22,290 nucleotides of DNA, taken from the NCBI GenBank assembly GCA_964525635.1, contig CAZGJX010000073.1:1-22290 (forward strand), read 5' to 3'. The first letter of the stretch is position 1, and each line of letters opens with the position of its first letter. The notes below the pieces were generated by a model. It was not told the origin of the DNA. It made no database searches and saw only the letters and a list, made by a program, of their open reading frames with translations. This document shows positions 1 to 9,976 of this stretch, piece by piece. The position numbers were made by a program, and so were the translations under genes. Source of the stretch: an uncultured archaeon (lineage in GTDB: Archaea; Asgardarchaeota; Lokiarchaeia; Sigyniarchaeales; SOKP01).

Positions 1-42
1 TTTATTCTCAAGATATATATTTTTTACCCGATTATAGGTTCT

Positions 43-699
43 ATGTTTAATTTCAGAGTAGAAAATATGCGATCACAGAGTAATGTAGTACACTATATGA
101 GATTACAGAAAAATATACCTGAAAAGGATTACTATTACTTTTTTGATTATCATAATCTAAATGAATATAAACAGAAGAAAAAAAAATATGATACTATTTC
201 TTCATTCTTTTTTCCAGATTTTATAACAGAAAATTTTAGTTCTGCCGAATTTTATAATAGCTTAATAGATTGGTTGGATTTTATCAATTTAAAATTGTCG
301 AATGATAATGATTCAGAAATTATTAGATTGTTAGAAGAAGAAAAAGAAAAATCTATAGTAATAATCGAACGTATAGAGAATAAAGATGATATTTCAAGAA
401 TAAAAGCCAATGGATATGAAAAAGTAACAATTAATTTTCTAAATAAAAATTATGGAAAGGAGATACAAAGAGCTTACCCAAATGATATACACTTAAATCC
501 CAATAATGAAATAAAAAAAAAAGATACATTTAAACAAATATTTAAAAGAGAGATTACATCCAGAATCAAAGATATTGTTAAAAATTCAATGAAAAATGAT
601 CCTAAAAGAAGAGATTTTAAATTTCCATTTGAAATTAAACTAGAACCTTTTTATAGAAAAATAGCAGATTTATATAATAGAGTTCCCTCTATAAATTAA
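43..699 (+). CDS. Hypothetical protein (218 aa)
   Basis: Long open frame in very AT-rich DNA, co-oriented with the downstream HEPN gene; no recognisable motif. Confidence 0.65.
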   Translation: MFNFRVENMRSQSNVVHYMRLQKNIPEKDYYYFFDYHNLNEYKQKKKKYDTISSFFFPDFITENFSSAEFYNSLIDWLDFINLKLSNDNDSEIIRLLEEEKEKSIVIIERIENKDDISRIKANGYEKVTINFLNKNYGKEIQRAYPNDIHLNPNNEIKKKDTFKQIFKREITSRIKDIVKNSMKNDPKRRDFKFPFEIKLEPFYRKIADLYNRVPSIN

Positions 700-817
700 T
701 CAAGAGAGAAAAGTAGAAAATATATTTATTAAAAATTAGCTATTTTTAAAATAAGACAAAAATCAAAAAAATAAAATATAGGAGTTCTCAATTTAAAACT
801 AAAGGGAAAGCTCTAAA

Positions 818-2368
818 ATGACAGAGAGTAACAATATTAATTACTTTATAGAAATTTTAAAAGACAATATGGTTAAACTAGTAAAATATTTTGAAGATAA
901 TGAAATATCTATTAAAGATAAAGATGAAAACTATATTATTGATTATAATTTATTTAAAGAATTAATGAAAAATTATTGTTTTAATAATAATAAAAAAGAA
1001 ATTCAGTATATACCCACTAGTATAATTCCTCCAAAAAAAGAAAGTACTTTAATTCCTGTAGTTAAAATTCCTGTTCCTGAAGAACAATTAAAACTATTTA
1101 AGAATATTATTCTTGGAATTTTTGAGAAAAAAAGAAATCTAACTTTAAGTTATGTTTATGGAAGTCGTTCAACATTTTTTAATTTAGAGGAATTATACTA
1201 CAGATTTTTTTATAGTTTATGTAATGAGACTTATTGGTTAGATGATAAGATTAAAGAAGTATTGGATAATATTTCAACACAATGGAGACTTGCACTAGAG
1301 GGGAAGGAAATTGAAATTAAGATATATTTACCAGTAGATTCAATTTATATTTTGGGAAATGAAATTTTAGTTAATAAAGATAATTATTCAATGAAAAATC
1401 ATACATTTATTACAGTAAAGAAATTAGAAAATAGTCTTGTGGATTCGAGATTTTACAATGTACTTATAATTGGTAAAATTAAATTAAAGACAAAAATTTT
1501 TTTTTCTAATTTTTTAGGTGATCCCACATTTGAAAAAGATTTTGAGTTATATGATAAACAGTATAAAGAAGCATTAAAAGACTTACATCTATTTGTAAAT
1601 GCATTATATTTAGAGGATTTCCACTTTAAATGGCGGAGTCCAGTACTTCACTTACCATGGTGGTTTGAACCTAATATGACAGATTTTTCCAGACTTGAGA
1701 GAAAATATCATAATATAAGTAAGAATTTAGAAAATACAAATTTTGATAATATATTATCAAAATACTCAGCTCTAAAGAACACTAAATTACTAGAAAAAGA
1801 TCCAGTAATATTGACTTATTATTTTCGCTTAAATCAAAAACGTCTAATTGATTCATATTTTTTTATTGATGTAGTAACATTTTTAGAAACAATGTTCACC
1901 AAAGGGAGTAAAGATTATGTGAACTTACGATTAAGGCTTAATGCGGCCTCACTTTTAGCAAAGGATGAAAAAGAATTCTGGAAATTACATAAATTTCTTG
2001 GAAAGATATATGAAATAAGATCAATAATTGTACATGGAAGTGATTGGTTTAAAAAATTTGAAAAATTTATGAAAAGTTGGTATTGCGAAAGCGAGAGAAA
2101 TATCAGTAAATTAGTAGGAAAGTTCCATAATGAAATCCTTTTATATTTTAATTTTATGCTAACATATTTAATAAAGAAATTGAATGAAGATCCTGAGATA
2201 CTAAGAAAAATGAATGATGATCCTCTCTATTTTTTTAAAAATTGTAGATTATATAAATCAGAAGAAATAAGGAATAAAATCATAGAAAAAATAAGAAATA
2301 AATACATTAGAGAAAAATATAATTATGAAAACAAATGGGAAGAAATTTGTGAATTATTTAATATTTGA
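818..2368 (+). CDS. ApeA-like HEPN domain protein (putative RNase, possibly defence-related)
   Basis: The C-terminal half shows the ApeA/HEPN pattern 'FLETMF...LRLRLNAASLL...LGKIYEIRSIIVHG', with an RxxxxH motif (RSIIVH, nt about 2018-2035). Confidence 0.8.
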   Translation: MTESNNINYFIEILKDNMVKLVKYFEDNEISIKDKDENYIIDYNLFKELMKNYCFNNNKKEIQYIPTSIIPPKKESTLIPVVKIPVPEEQLKLFKNIILGIFEKKRNLTLSYVYGSRSTFFNLEELYYRFFYSLCNETYWLDDKIKEVLDNISTQWRLALEGKEIEIKIYLPVDSIYILGNEILVNKDNYSMKNHTFITVKKLENSLVDSRFYNVLIIGKIKLKTKIFFSNFLGDPTFEKDFELYDKQYKEALKDLHLFVNALYLEDFHFKWRSPVLHLPWWFEPNMTDFSRLERKYHNISKNLENTNFDNILSKYSALKNTKLLEKDPVILTYYFRLNQKRLIDSYFFIDVVTFLETMFTKGSKDYVNLRLRLNAASLLAKDEKEFWKLHKFLGKIYEIRSIIVHGSDWFKKFEKFMKSWYCESERNISKLVGKFHNEILLYFNFMLTYLIKKLNEDPEILRKMNDDPLYFFKNCRLYKSEEIRNKIIEKIRNKYIREKYNYENKWEEICELFNI

Positions 2369-2510
2369 TAGAGAAGGTATCTAAAAATCTCTATAAAAAT
2401 AATAAACTTATTGATTTTTTTAATTCAGATTAAAGAAGATAATAAATAATTTATTTTTAAATAATAAGATCTTTTCATAATTTAAACAAAAATCAAAAGA
2501 CAAAAATATT

Positions 2511-2735
2511 ATGAATAATAATTCTGAAAACTCAAAAAAATCTAATGATTTTAAAGTTAAATTAAAAGAGACCAATTCAAAATTTTACTGTTGTCTTCAA
2601 GAAATTCTAACCTTAGATCCATTAAGATCAATTCCTATTTGCACTCTTATATTAAATCTTATTTTAACACAGAATTATTTTCCTTGGTTGAAAGCTCTCT
2701 ATAAAAAAATTCCTTCATTAATGCCAATATTTTGA
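2511..2735 (+). CDS. Possible small hypothetical protein (74 aa)
   Basis: Only an ORF filling an intergenic gap; no motif. May be spurious. Confidence 0.25.
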   Translation: MNNNSENSKKSNDFKVKLKETNSKFYCCLQEILTLDPLRSIPICTLILNLILTQNYFPWLKALYKKIPSLMPIF

Positions 2736-2791
2736 TTCTACTTATCATATGAATAATAGAAAACGGAAAAAAAAAGGGGAAAAAATAGGAT

Positions 2792-3793
2792 TTAATTATT
2801 ATATTTTTTCTTGTTAATATATCCAATAACAAGAGCAATTATTGCAACCATTCCTACTATTCCAACACCACCATAAAAAGCTGTGGGTGGGATAAAGGGT
2901 ACTGTTTTTATACTGCTATTGGTAGTATTCGTTTGATTTCCTACATCGCTTGAATTCAATTCTGTTGATATTTTTCTTATCCTAACTAGATGTACTAAAA
3001 TGTTTATGTTTAGCTGTACCTGATAATTTTTAAAATCCATAGAATAAAATCCTCCCACAGCAGTACCGAATGGAAAATCTATTGGTGTATTAAATGCCAT
3101 AATCGGTTTACTGTTAAAGATTATAAATACAATACCATTAGGATCTGTTAAATTTAAATTAATTTCTAGTGTGGCATCCAAACTGTAAGCAATAGGGCTT
3201 ACTCTACTAATATAGAATTTATACATTGTATCTGTTTCAAGATTTATAGAACAATTATGGTTTTCTTCAGGGTGTACAGGAAAAGGAATATCAGACATTT
3301 TATCGCCTTGATAGATACTAATATGAATATTCAAGTTCGGACCTTCTGTTTCCGTAAAGATTAAAGTATGGTTTCCAGTAACAGCTACACCATAGGGGAC
3401 TGTATAATAAGCATTAAAGCGCATTGGAACCTCTGATTTAAATATATGATATATCAACCCATTTGGATCAATTAGTGTTAAATTCATATGGCACTCATGT
3501 TCATCGGTTACAACAGCAAATTTGATGTGATAAAATGACTGGTTGAGTAGATATGGATTTAGGACGATTTGTCTATGATTTTCATGAAACGTATGTACCT
3601 TGTCGTGTATTAGTCCTTCACCCAGATCTTGGGTATTTAATTCAGATCCAAGTACGCTAATTTCTGTATTCTGGGAATTCATTTTCTGGATATTTATTAC
3701 ATTTGGAATAAAAACTACTCCCACAAGAAAAAATAAAAGTATTATTCCAGGTGCTATTTTTTTTTTGCATTTCACTATGTTTTTGATTTTCAT
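2792..3793 (-). CDS. Cell-surface/membrane-anchored protein with two tandem 'DPNG' beta-domains
   Basis: N-terminal basic + hydrophobic segment. Internal duplication ('MNLTLIDPNGLIYHIF...VPYGVAVTG' vs 'INLNLTDPNGIVFIIF...FPFGTAVGG'). Asn/Thr/Ser linker, C-terminal TM helix and KKKY tail. Confidence 0.85.
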   Translation of the reverse strand: MKIKNIVKCKKKIAPGIILLFFLVGVVFIPNVINIQKMNSQNTEISVLGSELNTQDLGEGLIHDKVHTFHENHRQIVLNPYLLNQSFYHIKFAVVTDEHECHMNLTLIDPNGLIYHIFKSEVPMRFNAYYTVPYGVAVTGNHTLIFTETEGPNLNIHISIYQGDKMSDIPFPVHPEENHNCSINLETDTMYKFYISRVSPIAYSLDATLEINLNLTDPNGIVFIIFNSKPIMAFNTPIDFPFGTAVGGFYSMDFKNYQVQLNINILVHLVRIRKISTELNSSDVGNQTNTTNSSIKTVPFIPPTAFYGGVGIVGMVAIIALVIGYINKKKYNN

Positions 3794-4100
3794 ATACTTC
3801 CATCTCTATAAATTCTTTAACTACTTCATGAACAAGTATGCAACTGCCATAATTTACACAATTGAAGCAAGGGCGATCTGCCCGAAAATAGGATTCTTTT
3901 CCATTCTGTTCAATAATTAAAATGGGAAAGTTCCTTAGAGGGCATATAAGCGCAGAAGAATGAACCTTTCCCTGCTTTGGGTGAGAATACAAATTCCCAC
4001 ATATTTCAAGTTTCATATCTCGTTTATAATTGGAATTCTTATGGAAAAAAAAGGAGCAATTGCAATTAGGATAGTATCCAATTTCGTCTTTCTTGTTCAT
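3657..4100 (-). CDS. Possible Cys-rich hypothetical protein
   Basis: Fills the gap between two co-oriented genes and is Cys-rich (CNC, CFNCVNYGSC). It overlaps the next gene by 137 nt, so its 3' part is doubtful. Confidence 0.45.
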   Translation of the reverse strand: MNKKDEIGYYPNCNCSFFFHKNSNYKRDMKLEICGNLYSHPKQGKVHSSALICPLRNFPILIIEQNGKESYFRADRPCFNCVNYGSCILVHEVVKEFIEMEVYENQKHSEMQKKNSTWNNTFIFSCGSSFYSKCNKYPENEFPEYRN

Positions 4101-4152
4101 CGTCGTATATTCTAAAATTTATATTTTACAGTAAAATCAAATGTGCCTATTT

Positions 4153-4181
4153 AAAGAAAAAAAAGAAAAAAAAAAAGAAAA
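4153..4181 (-). terminator. Oligo-U archaeal-type terminator candidate
   Basis: Long A tract on +, i.e. a U tract on the minus transcript, directly after the stop codon of the 1192-aa gene. Confidence 0.4.
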
Positions 4182-4182
4182 T

Positions 4183-7100
4183 TTAGGTTAATCTATATCT
4201 TTTCTTCTTATAAATTAAGTGTATACCATAAATAAGTGATATAAGAGTCATTACTATAATCCATGGACCTAATGAAATATTTTGTTGATTATTTGTAGAT
4301 TTTAATAATATTTCATCATAATAAATATCTGAGACTAATCTAGCTGAATCCATATATTGCACATAAATTCTTTTCAATCCATCTCCTTCAGATAAGCTAT
4401 AAATTATCGTTTCTTCAAAAGACTCCCAATCACTCCAAAATGTACCATCATAACTAAAACGCATTTGTACAACCAAATTAATATCGCTAGCATTGAGTGT
4501 TAGAATAACATCCTTTACTTTAGTCGAACTTTCATCATTGTTTATTTTAATTGATCCTGTTGGTTCTATTGTATCAAGTATAATTGAATCTGAAATGGTA
4601 TTTGCAGAAATGAATCCATTTGAATCTTGAAATTGAACATAAATTGTTTTTAAACCATTATTTGAAGAGAAAATATATTGCTTTAAAGAATTAAATGGTT
4701 CCCATGAGCTCCAATCTGTATTATTATCATCACTGAATCTCATCTGGACGGCATTAGATGATGTTATACTCAGAGCTATAGAAGATGAAGTGCAATAAGT
4801 ATCTCCATTATTTATCATAATTGTACCAGTGATGGGATCAGGATAGATGGAGAATGAAAAATCACTCTCATCTAAATTCAAACCACCAAATCCATCATCT
4901 ACATTTACACGAATGACTATAGAATGAGAATTTGAAAGCATTGAAAAATCCCATGTATAATTCTGTTGTTTGATTCCAGATTCAATTAAATGCCAACCAG
5001 TATTCTCAATATTATAATAAAGACTAAAGGTTAAATTGTCATTATCAATATCTGTTGCAGACCAATTTATTAAAACTGAATCTGCAATGATTTCACCGCC
5101 ATTTGGATATAATAATTGTATTTCAGGAGCTTTATTTTCTACTGTATAGCTATATGGCTGATCACCAATATCTCTTTTTATTGAATGGTGATTTCCTATA
5201 TCCCACGCTTGAATATACCATTCCATTGTGGAACCATGCGGGATAGAAGGAAGATTTCCTTCATATATAAACGTATTATCAATCCAGCTAATCCTCTGCA
5301 GTTCAATATAATCAGATATATCATCATAACTATAGCTCACCCATACTCTATCAATAGATGTTTCTTCATCTAAAGTAACTGTAATTAGAGGATTATCATC
5401 CGAGCAAATCAAACCATCACCAGTAGTATCGTATTGATACGAAAGATCGGTGATCAATGGGGAAACATAGTCTGTTGAATTAAACTCTAGCGGATTAGAT
5501 GTCATAGTAAAATTTTCATTAGATCTGAAAATATAAGTCCCAAAAAGTCTATCAATACCAACATCCATATGTAAATGATCAGAAACATCATCATCTTCAA
5601 GTTTATAATACGCTTCCATTTCATGATTAAATTGAGTCTCTGAATACACCTTGGTATGACCACTAACAAATGGTGTTTCGAATTCATTAGTAAATAATTT
5701 CTGACGCATACTTTGAGACATTTGCCATTCTATTGTTGAGGTTTTTCTCTCAGTATTGATTTGTTTTGTACTTTCTTCCCAAGCTATTTGAGCATCCCAT
5801 CCAAAATCTTGTTTTAACCAACTTACATTTTGAAATCCATTATAGACTTGATTCTGAAGTTTCCAAAGATCAGGAGCGTTCTGATGATGAAGTATCTTTT
5901 CTCCTTCTGCTGTTATCCAATATTTTATTTGATATTTTAAATGTTCAATTGTTCCATTATAGAAACTCCGATTACATTCAATAATATCATAACGCACAGT
6001 CCAAGCCTCTCCCCAATATACATCCCCTCTTCCTAATCCAATATAATTGGGATTAACACTCTCAATATTTGATGAGAGAGAGGTATAATTTGTGACCTGC
6101 AACCTAAAATCAAACTCCTCAATTGTTTCATTTGATTCGTGAAATTCTAATCGAGTTCCTACAGAACCAATGCTAAATCCTGCATAACTTGGTGTAATTT
6201 CAAATCCATAATCCCAATCTTCATTATCGGTATGAAAATCAAAGTCTACTCCAATTGACAGATCTGTGGTGCTCTCTTTAAATTTAGAAAATGAATGATC
6301 TCCAGGAGGATCATGAAGTATAAGATATAGTTGATCTCCCATATACGTAAAATTATGTTCCAGTAATGTTGAAATATATTCTTTCACCTTTCCAAATCGA
6401 AATATACGTGTATCATTTACTAGCTCAACATCATTAGAATATCCATGGAGTGTTGCTGATACCAATCCTTCAAGATTATGCTCCAAATATGATATATTGA
6501 CTTGATTTAAATTCCATACTGAACCATAATCATAACCTTCAATTGTAAGATTTACATTATTAATTCCAATCTTATCATAGGTAAAATTAAACCAACTATC
6601 GTCTCCAGCATTAAATAAAATATGTTCAATGTCAGAGGGATTCTCCCATTTTACAAAAGGTTCTTCAACGGGAATGATATCAGAATGAAACCTGACGTCA
6701 TCAGAACTCGTATCTGTTTCCTCGCCCAATTCTTTTACATCATTATTAATATCAACATCTACATAAAACCAGAAATCACCCGTTTCATATGGGATAAAAG
6801 GTACTTCTACTTGAAAATCTTCTTCAGGAGCAATATCATAGGGAACATCAATAAAATAATCAAATGTATGAAGGGGATTGCCTTTTTGCCAAATCTTTAC
6901 TGAAAAATCCTCATTTGAATAAAGTGTATCTACTCCAACATTTGTTAAATTAAGCCATAAACTTGTTGGCACTCCTTCATACCATAATTCTGTACGATAA
7001 ATATTGGAACATACAATATTGGGCTCCCATTTTTCTATTAAAATATAATCCCATTGTGCATGAGTCCACCAAGATGATCCCACACATGATTGTGATTTTA

Positions 7101-7761
7101 TTGCTCCCATTCCCATTTCCATACTTAAAACATCGGAATTTGAGATATAATTATAAGTCTCATATATATCAAAAGGACCATCATAAGTGTCATAAGTACT
7201 ATCGATTATTTCTCTAATGATATCATTATTATTTAATCTAAAAAAAAACTCAAAAACATTTTCAAAAACAGGATTTTCAAATATATTTCTGCTCATTGCA
7301 TCTCTATAATTTATTTTTATGTGATGATTATATCCTTGTGAAATAGGGATATTCCTATTAATATTTGTATACTCGCCAGGATAGACATGAAAATTAGTTG
7401 GCGATACTATTGTAGCAATAAATCCTTGTCGATGACAATGAGACCATAAGCTATTAATAGCATCTGTTTCACTAAAGGTGTCTTCTGTTATGAAGCCTTC
7501 TGGTATTGTACCAATGCCTCCCTCAAATTCAGATTCAAGAAGTATGTCAGAAATAGTTAGACTGCTTTTTGGTTTATTTTCAATTAAATATGAATCATTT
7601 CTAGGTAAATGTATTTTTCCAATGAGACTCATCTGATCAATTAACATATTACCGAAACTAAAAAAAAAAGGAGATGTTAAAAAAATAACAAATAATATTT
7701 TTTTAAATTTAGATTTTATTTGTTTTTTATCTTCAAGTCTTTTACTTTTCATAAATCTCAC
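4183..7761 (-). CDS. Large cell-surface protein with CARDB/Ig-like domains and C-terminal membrane anchor (likely start ATG 7752)
   Basis: N-terminal signal/TM; CARDB-like segment ('LNLTNVG...VDVDINNDVKELGEE'); central 'ILHDPPGD' domain; 'NKAPEIQLLYPNGGE' Ig/FN3-like domain; two tandem 'TG.I.INN...QMRFS...WS.WE.F...G.K.IYVQ..D' repeats; TM + KKKR tail. The annotated GTG is part of a GGTGA SD-like motif upstream of ATG 7752. Confidence 0.9.
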   Translation of the reverse strand: MRFMKSKRLEDKKQIKSKFKKILFVIFLTSPFFFSFGNMLIDQMSLIGKIHLPRNDSYLIENKPKSSLTISDILLESEFEGGIGTIPEGFITEDTFSETDAINSLWSHCHRQGFIATIVSPTNFHVYPGEYTNINRNIPISQGYNHHIKINYRDAMSRNIFENPVFENVFEFFFRLNNNDIIREIIDSTYDTYDGPFDIYETYNYISNSDVLSMEMGMGAIKSQSCVGSSWWTHAQWDYILIEKWEPNIVCSNIYRTELWYEGVPTSLWLNLTNVGVDTLYSNEDFSVKIWQKGNPLHTFDYFIDVPYDIAPEEDFQVEVPFIPYETGDFWFYVDVDINNDVKELGEETDTSSDDVRFHSDIIPVEEPFVKWENPSDIEHILFNAGDDSWFNFTYDKIGINNVNLTIEGYDYGSVWNLNQVNISYLEHNLEGLVSATLHGYSNDVELVNDTRIFRFGKVKEYISTLLEHNFTYMGDQLYLILHDPPGDHSFSKFKESTTDLSIGVDFDFHTDNEDWDYGFEITPSYAGFSIGSVGTRLEFHESNETIEEFDFRLQVTNYTSLSSNIESVNPNYIGLGRGDVYWGEAWTVRYDIIECNRSFYNGTIEHLKYQIKYWITAEGEKILHHQNAPDLWKLQNQVYNGFQNVSWLKQDFGWDAQIAWEESTKQINTERKTSTIEWQMSQSMRQKLFTNEFETPFVSGHTKVYSETQFNHEMEAYYKLEDDDVSDHLHMDVGIDRLFGTYIFRSNENFTMTSNPLEFNSTDYVSPLITDLSYQYDTTGDGLICSDDNPLITVTLDEETSIDRVWVSYSYDDISDYIELQRISWIDNTFIYEGNLPSIPHGSTMEWYIQAWDIGNHHSIKRDIGDQPYSYTVENKAPEIQLLYPNGGEIIADSVLINWSATDIDNDNLTFSLYYNIENTGWHLIESGIKQQNYTWDFSMLSNSHSIVIRVNVDDGFGGLNLDESDFSFSIYPDPITGTIMINNGDTYCTSSSIALSITSSNAVQMRFSDDNNTDWSSWEPFNSLKQYIFSSNNGLKTIYVQFQDSNGFISANTISDSIILDTIEPTGSIKINNDESSTKVKDVILTLNASDINLVVQMRFSYDGTFWSDWESFEETIIYSLSEGDGLKRIYVQYMDSARLVSDIYYDEILLKSTNNQQNISLGPWIIVMTLISLIYGIHLIYKKKRYRLT
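4300..4845 (-). repeat. Two tandem ~90-aa Ig-like domain repeats (protein level)
   Basis: 'TGTIMINNGD...QMRFSDD..WSSWEPF...GLKTIYVQFQD' and 'TGSIKINNDE...QMRFSYD..WSDWESF...GLKRIYVQYMD'. Confidence 0.8.
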
Positions 7762-8006
7762 CTTTTTTTAAAAACTATAATTAATATTTATTGAAGAAAT
7801 CCTTAATTAATAAAGTAATTGAAAATATACATTTTCAATCAATACTATACATATTGATATGGATTAAGTCTCATAAAATGTAGAATTCAGAGATAGAATC
7901 TTAGAGGAATATTATCAAAATATATAAAATATATAAATTTAAGAAACTCACTAATTAAAATATAAGTTTTATGAAATCTTTTCACTTCTGTAAATTGAAA
8001 TTACCA

Positions 8007-9623
8007 TCAATCTTTAAAGTCATTTTCTTTTCGATCTAGAAAATTTAATCCGATTTCTGAAATTTCATGTAATTTCTCTCTTCCTCTTTTATATTTAATA
8101 ATCATGAAGTTCTCAGTAAGTACATATGCAGTTTTTAATAATGTGTTTATATGGCAATCGAGCCCTTTTCTTAAATCTCCCACTAATACAGGTTTATTAT
8201 AATTTTTAAGATATTTTAAAAAAGGTAATATATAGCGTCTCTGTGATTTTTTCCAAGTAAAATAATCATCAAAAATGCTAAAGTATTTCCCTGATTTTAT
8301 CACTTGAAGAAATTGTATCCCAGCCGCTGTAATATTATAATTTTTCATAAAACTTCTTGAAATTAAATATTTATCTCTGAGGATTTTTAATGCAGAATCT
8401 AATTTTTTATCTGAGATGTTGTTTTCTAAATTAATCTCAAGGATATTTTTTTCGAGTATTTCTTTTGATACAGGATTGTATTCATTTTGCATTTGTTTTA
8501 ATGTATCCAATATAGTCAATATGTAATATTCTTGTTTAGTTAGATCTAATATATCTAAATATGTATCTTTTAATTCTTCTTCAGAGATTTCTTCTATTTC
8601 ATTAAGATCTTTATCATCTTTTGGATGAAAGTAATGAGAAAATGAATAAAGACCTTGTTTAATAAATTTTATAACCGTTGTATTCGAATGTCTTATTTTG
8701 AACTTTTTATATATATTTTTAATGCATATGATAATAGTATAGATATACAAGAACATACCTAATATAAAAATAATTAAAAATACAATTGGAATATCAATGT
8801 TAATAAAAAAAAGACTTGAGACAATAAGCATAAAAAGATGGGATGCGATTAAAGAATACCAAAAATATTTTATATACCTTGAAAATCTATTGATTTTATT
8901 TGAATTAAATAAAGTTGGAATTATTAGAATCAATAATCCTATTAATAGGAAAAAAGCAGGCAAGATAGAAGATAATATTCTTGCTTCTTTTACAAATCTC
9001 GAATCTAAAAATAATCCTGCTAAAACAAGTATCCCTCCAATCATATACATTACTGAAACAGAACTCTGGATTTGAGAAGGGCTCCTATATTTATAAGTGC
9101 CCCATAAAAAAAGCATAACAATAATAGTATCAATTCCTGCTAAAATAACCATGAGATTTCTTTGTATGTCAAAAGGTATGAAAAAGAGGGATATTATTAT
9201 AAATAAAATACTTAAACCTGATAAAAATTTTAAATATTTCCCAATTCTGTATTTTTTTTTATTTAATTTGATACTTATCCCTATAATTCTCCCAATTTCA
9301 TAAATAAAAATATTTATTGAAATATTAACGCTACTATGGGCTAATTGTATATATATTGGATAATAAAGCTCGTTAAAAGAATCATAGTTTCCAATAAATA
9401 TATGTCCATCATAGAAACCTTCTATATAATAATCACTTAAATAATAAAATAATCTCAATAAAGCTAATCCAAGAATAAGAACACCAATCATTCGATAAAT
9501 ACGTTTTATCATTTCATCTCTATTAAGTCCTCTGAAAATCAAATATATTCCAAAAAAGAAATATAAAAAGATCACAAAAGCCCAAATTATTCGATTTAGT
9601 GGATCAAAAATTATAAGGTCCAT
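8007..9623 (-). CDS. Membrane-tethered putative transcriptional regulator (about 9 TM helices + two C-terminal winged-helix domains)
   Basis: About 9 hydrophobic segments in aa 10-305. Two wHTH-like ends follow: 'LDSALKILRDKYLISR...YNITAAGIQFL' and 'GDLRKGLDCHINTLLKTAYVLTENFMIIKYKRGREKLHEISEIGLNFL'. Confidence 0.75.
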   Translation of the reverse strand: MDLIIFDPLNRIIWAFVIFLYFFFGIYLIFRGLNRDEMIKRIYRMIGVLILGLALLRLFYYLSDYYIEGFYDGHIFIGNYDSFNELYYPIYIQLAHSSVNISINIFIYEIGRIIGISIKLNKKKYRIGKYLKFLSGLSILFIIISLFFIPFDIQRNLMVILAGIDTIIVMLFLWGTYKYRSPSQIQSSVSVMYMIGGILVLAGLFLDSRFVKEARILSSILPAFFLLIGLLILIIPTLFNSNKINRFSRYIKYFWYSLIASHLFMLIVSSLFFINIDIPIVFLIIFILGMFLYIYTIIICIKNIYKKFKIRHSNTTVIKFIKQGLYSFSHYFHPKDDKDLNEIEEISEEELKDTYLDILDLTKQEYYILTILDTLKQMQNEYNPVSKEILEKNILEINLENNISDKKLDSALKILRDKYLISRSFMKNYNITAAGIQFLQVIKSGKYFSIFDDYFTWKKSQRRYILPFLKYLKNYNKPVLVGDLRKGLDCHINTLLKTAYVLTENFMIIKYKRGREKLHEISEIGLNFLDRKENDFKD

Positions 9624-9976
9624 TGAGATTATTTACAGTAATTTTAGTCTTCATTATGATTAATTATTAAAATATTTTAATAATTCATTATTTAATAAAA
9701 GGAGTTTCAAATTCATTAATAATAATTTCTCTTGCATACTTTGAGGTATTTACCAATCTCTTGTTCTAAGTTTTTTCTCAATATTAATTCCTTTCATTCT
9801 TTTTTCCCAGACTATTTAACTATCCCTTCTAATATTTCGTTATAACCAACTTACATAAGTTGTTATCATTATGGAACACCGATACATATGGATTTGTATA
9901 GACACTTGAAATTGAAGGAATTGAGACATTTTTTATCATATTTTTTCTTTATAAATATCCAAAATAAAATGATCCC

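Noticed and set aside
3600-3920. 106-aa plus-strand ORF
   Set aside because: Antisense shadow of minus-strand genes.
5185-7217. Short ORFs inside the 1192-aa gene (5185, 5502, 5766, 6622, 6963)
   Set aside because: Antisense or alternate-frame shadows with no motifs.
8797-9303. Two plus-strand ORFs within the membrane regulator
   Set aside because: Antisense shadows of hydrophobic-codon DNA.
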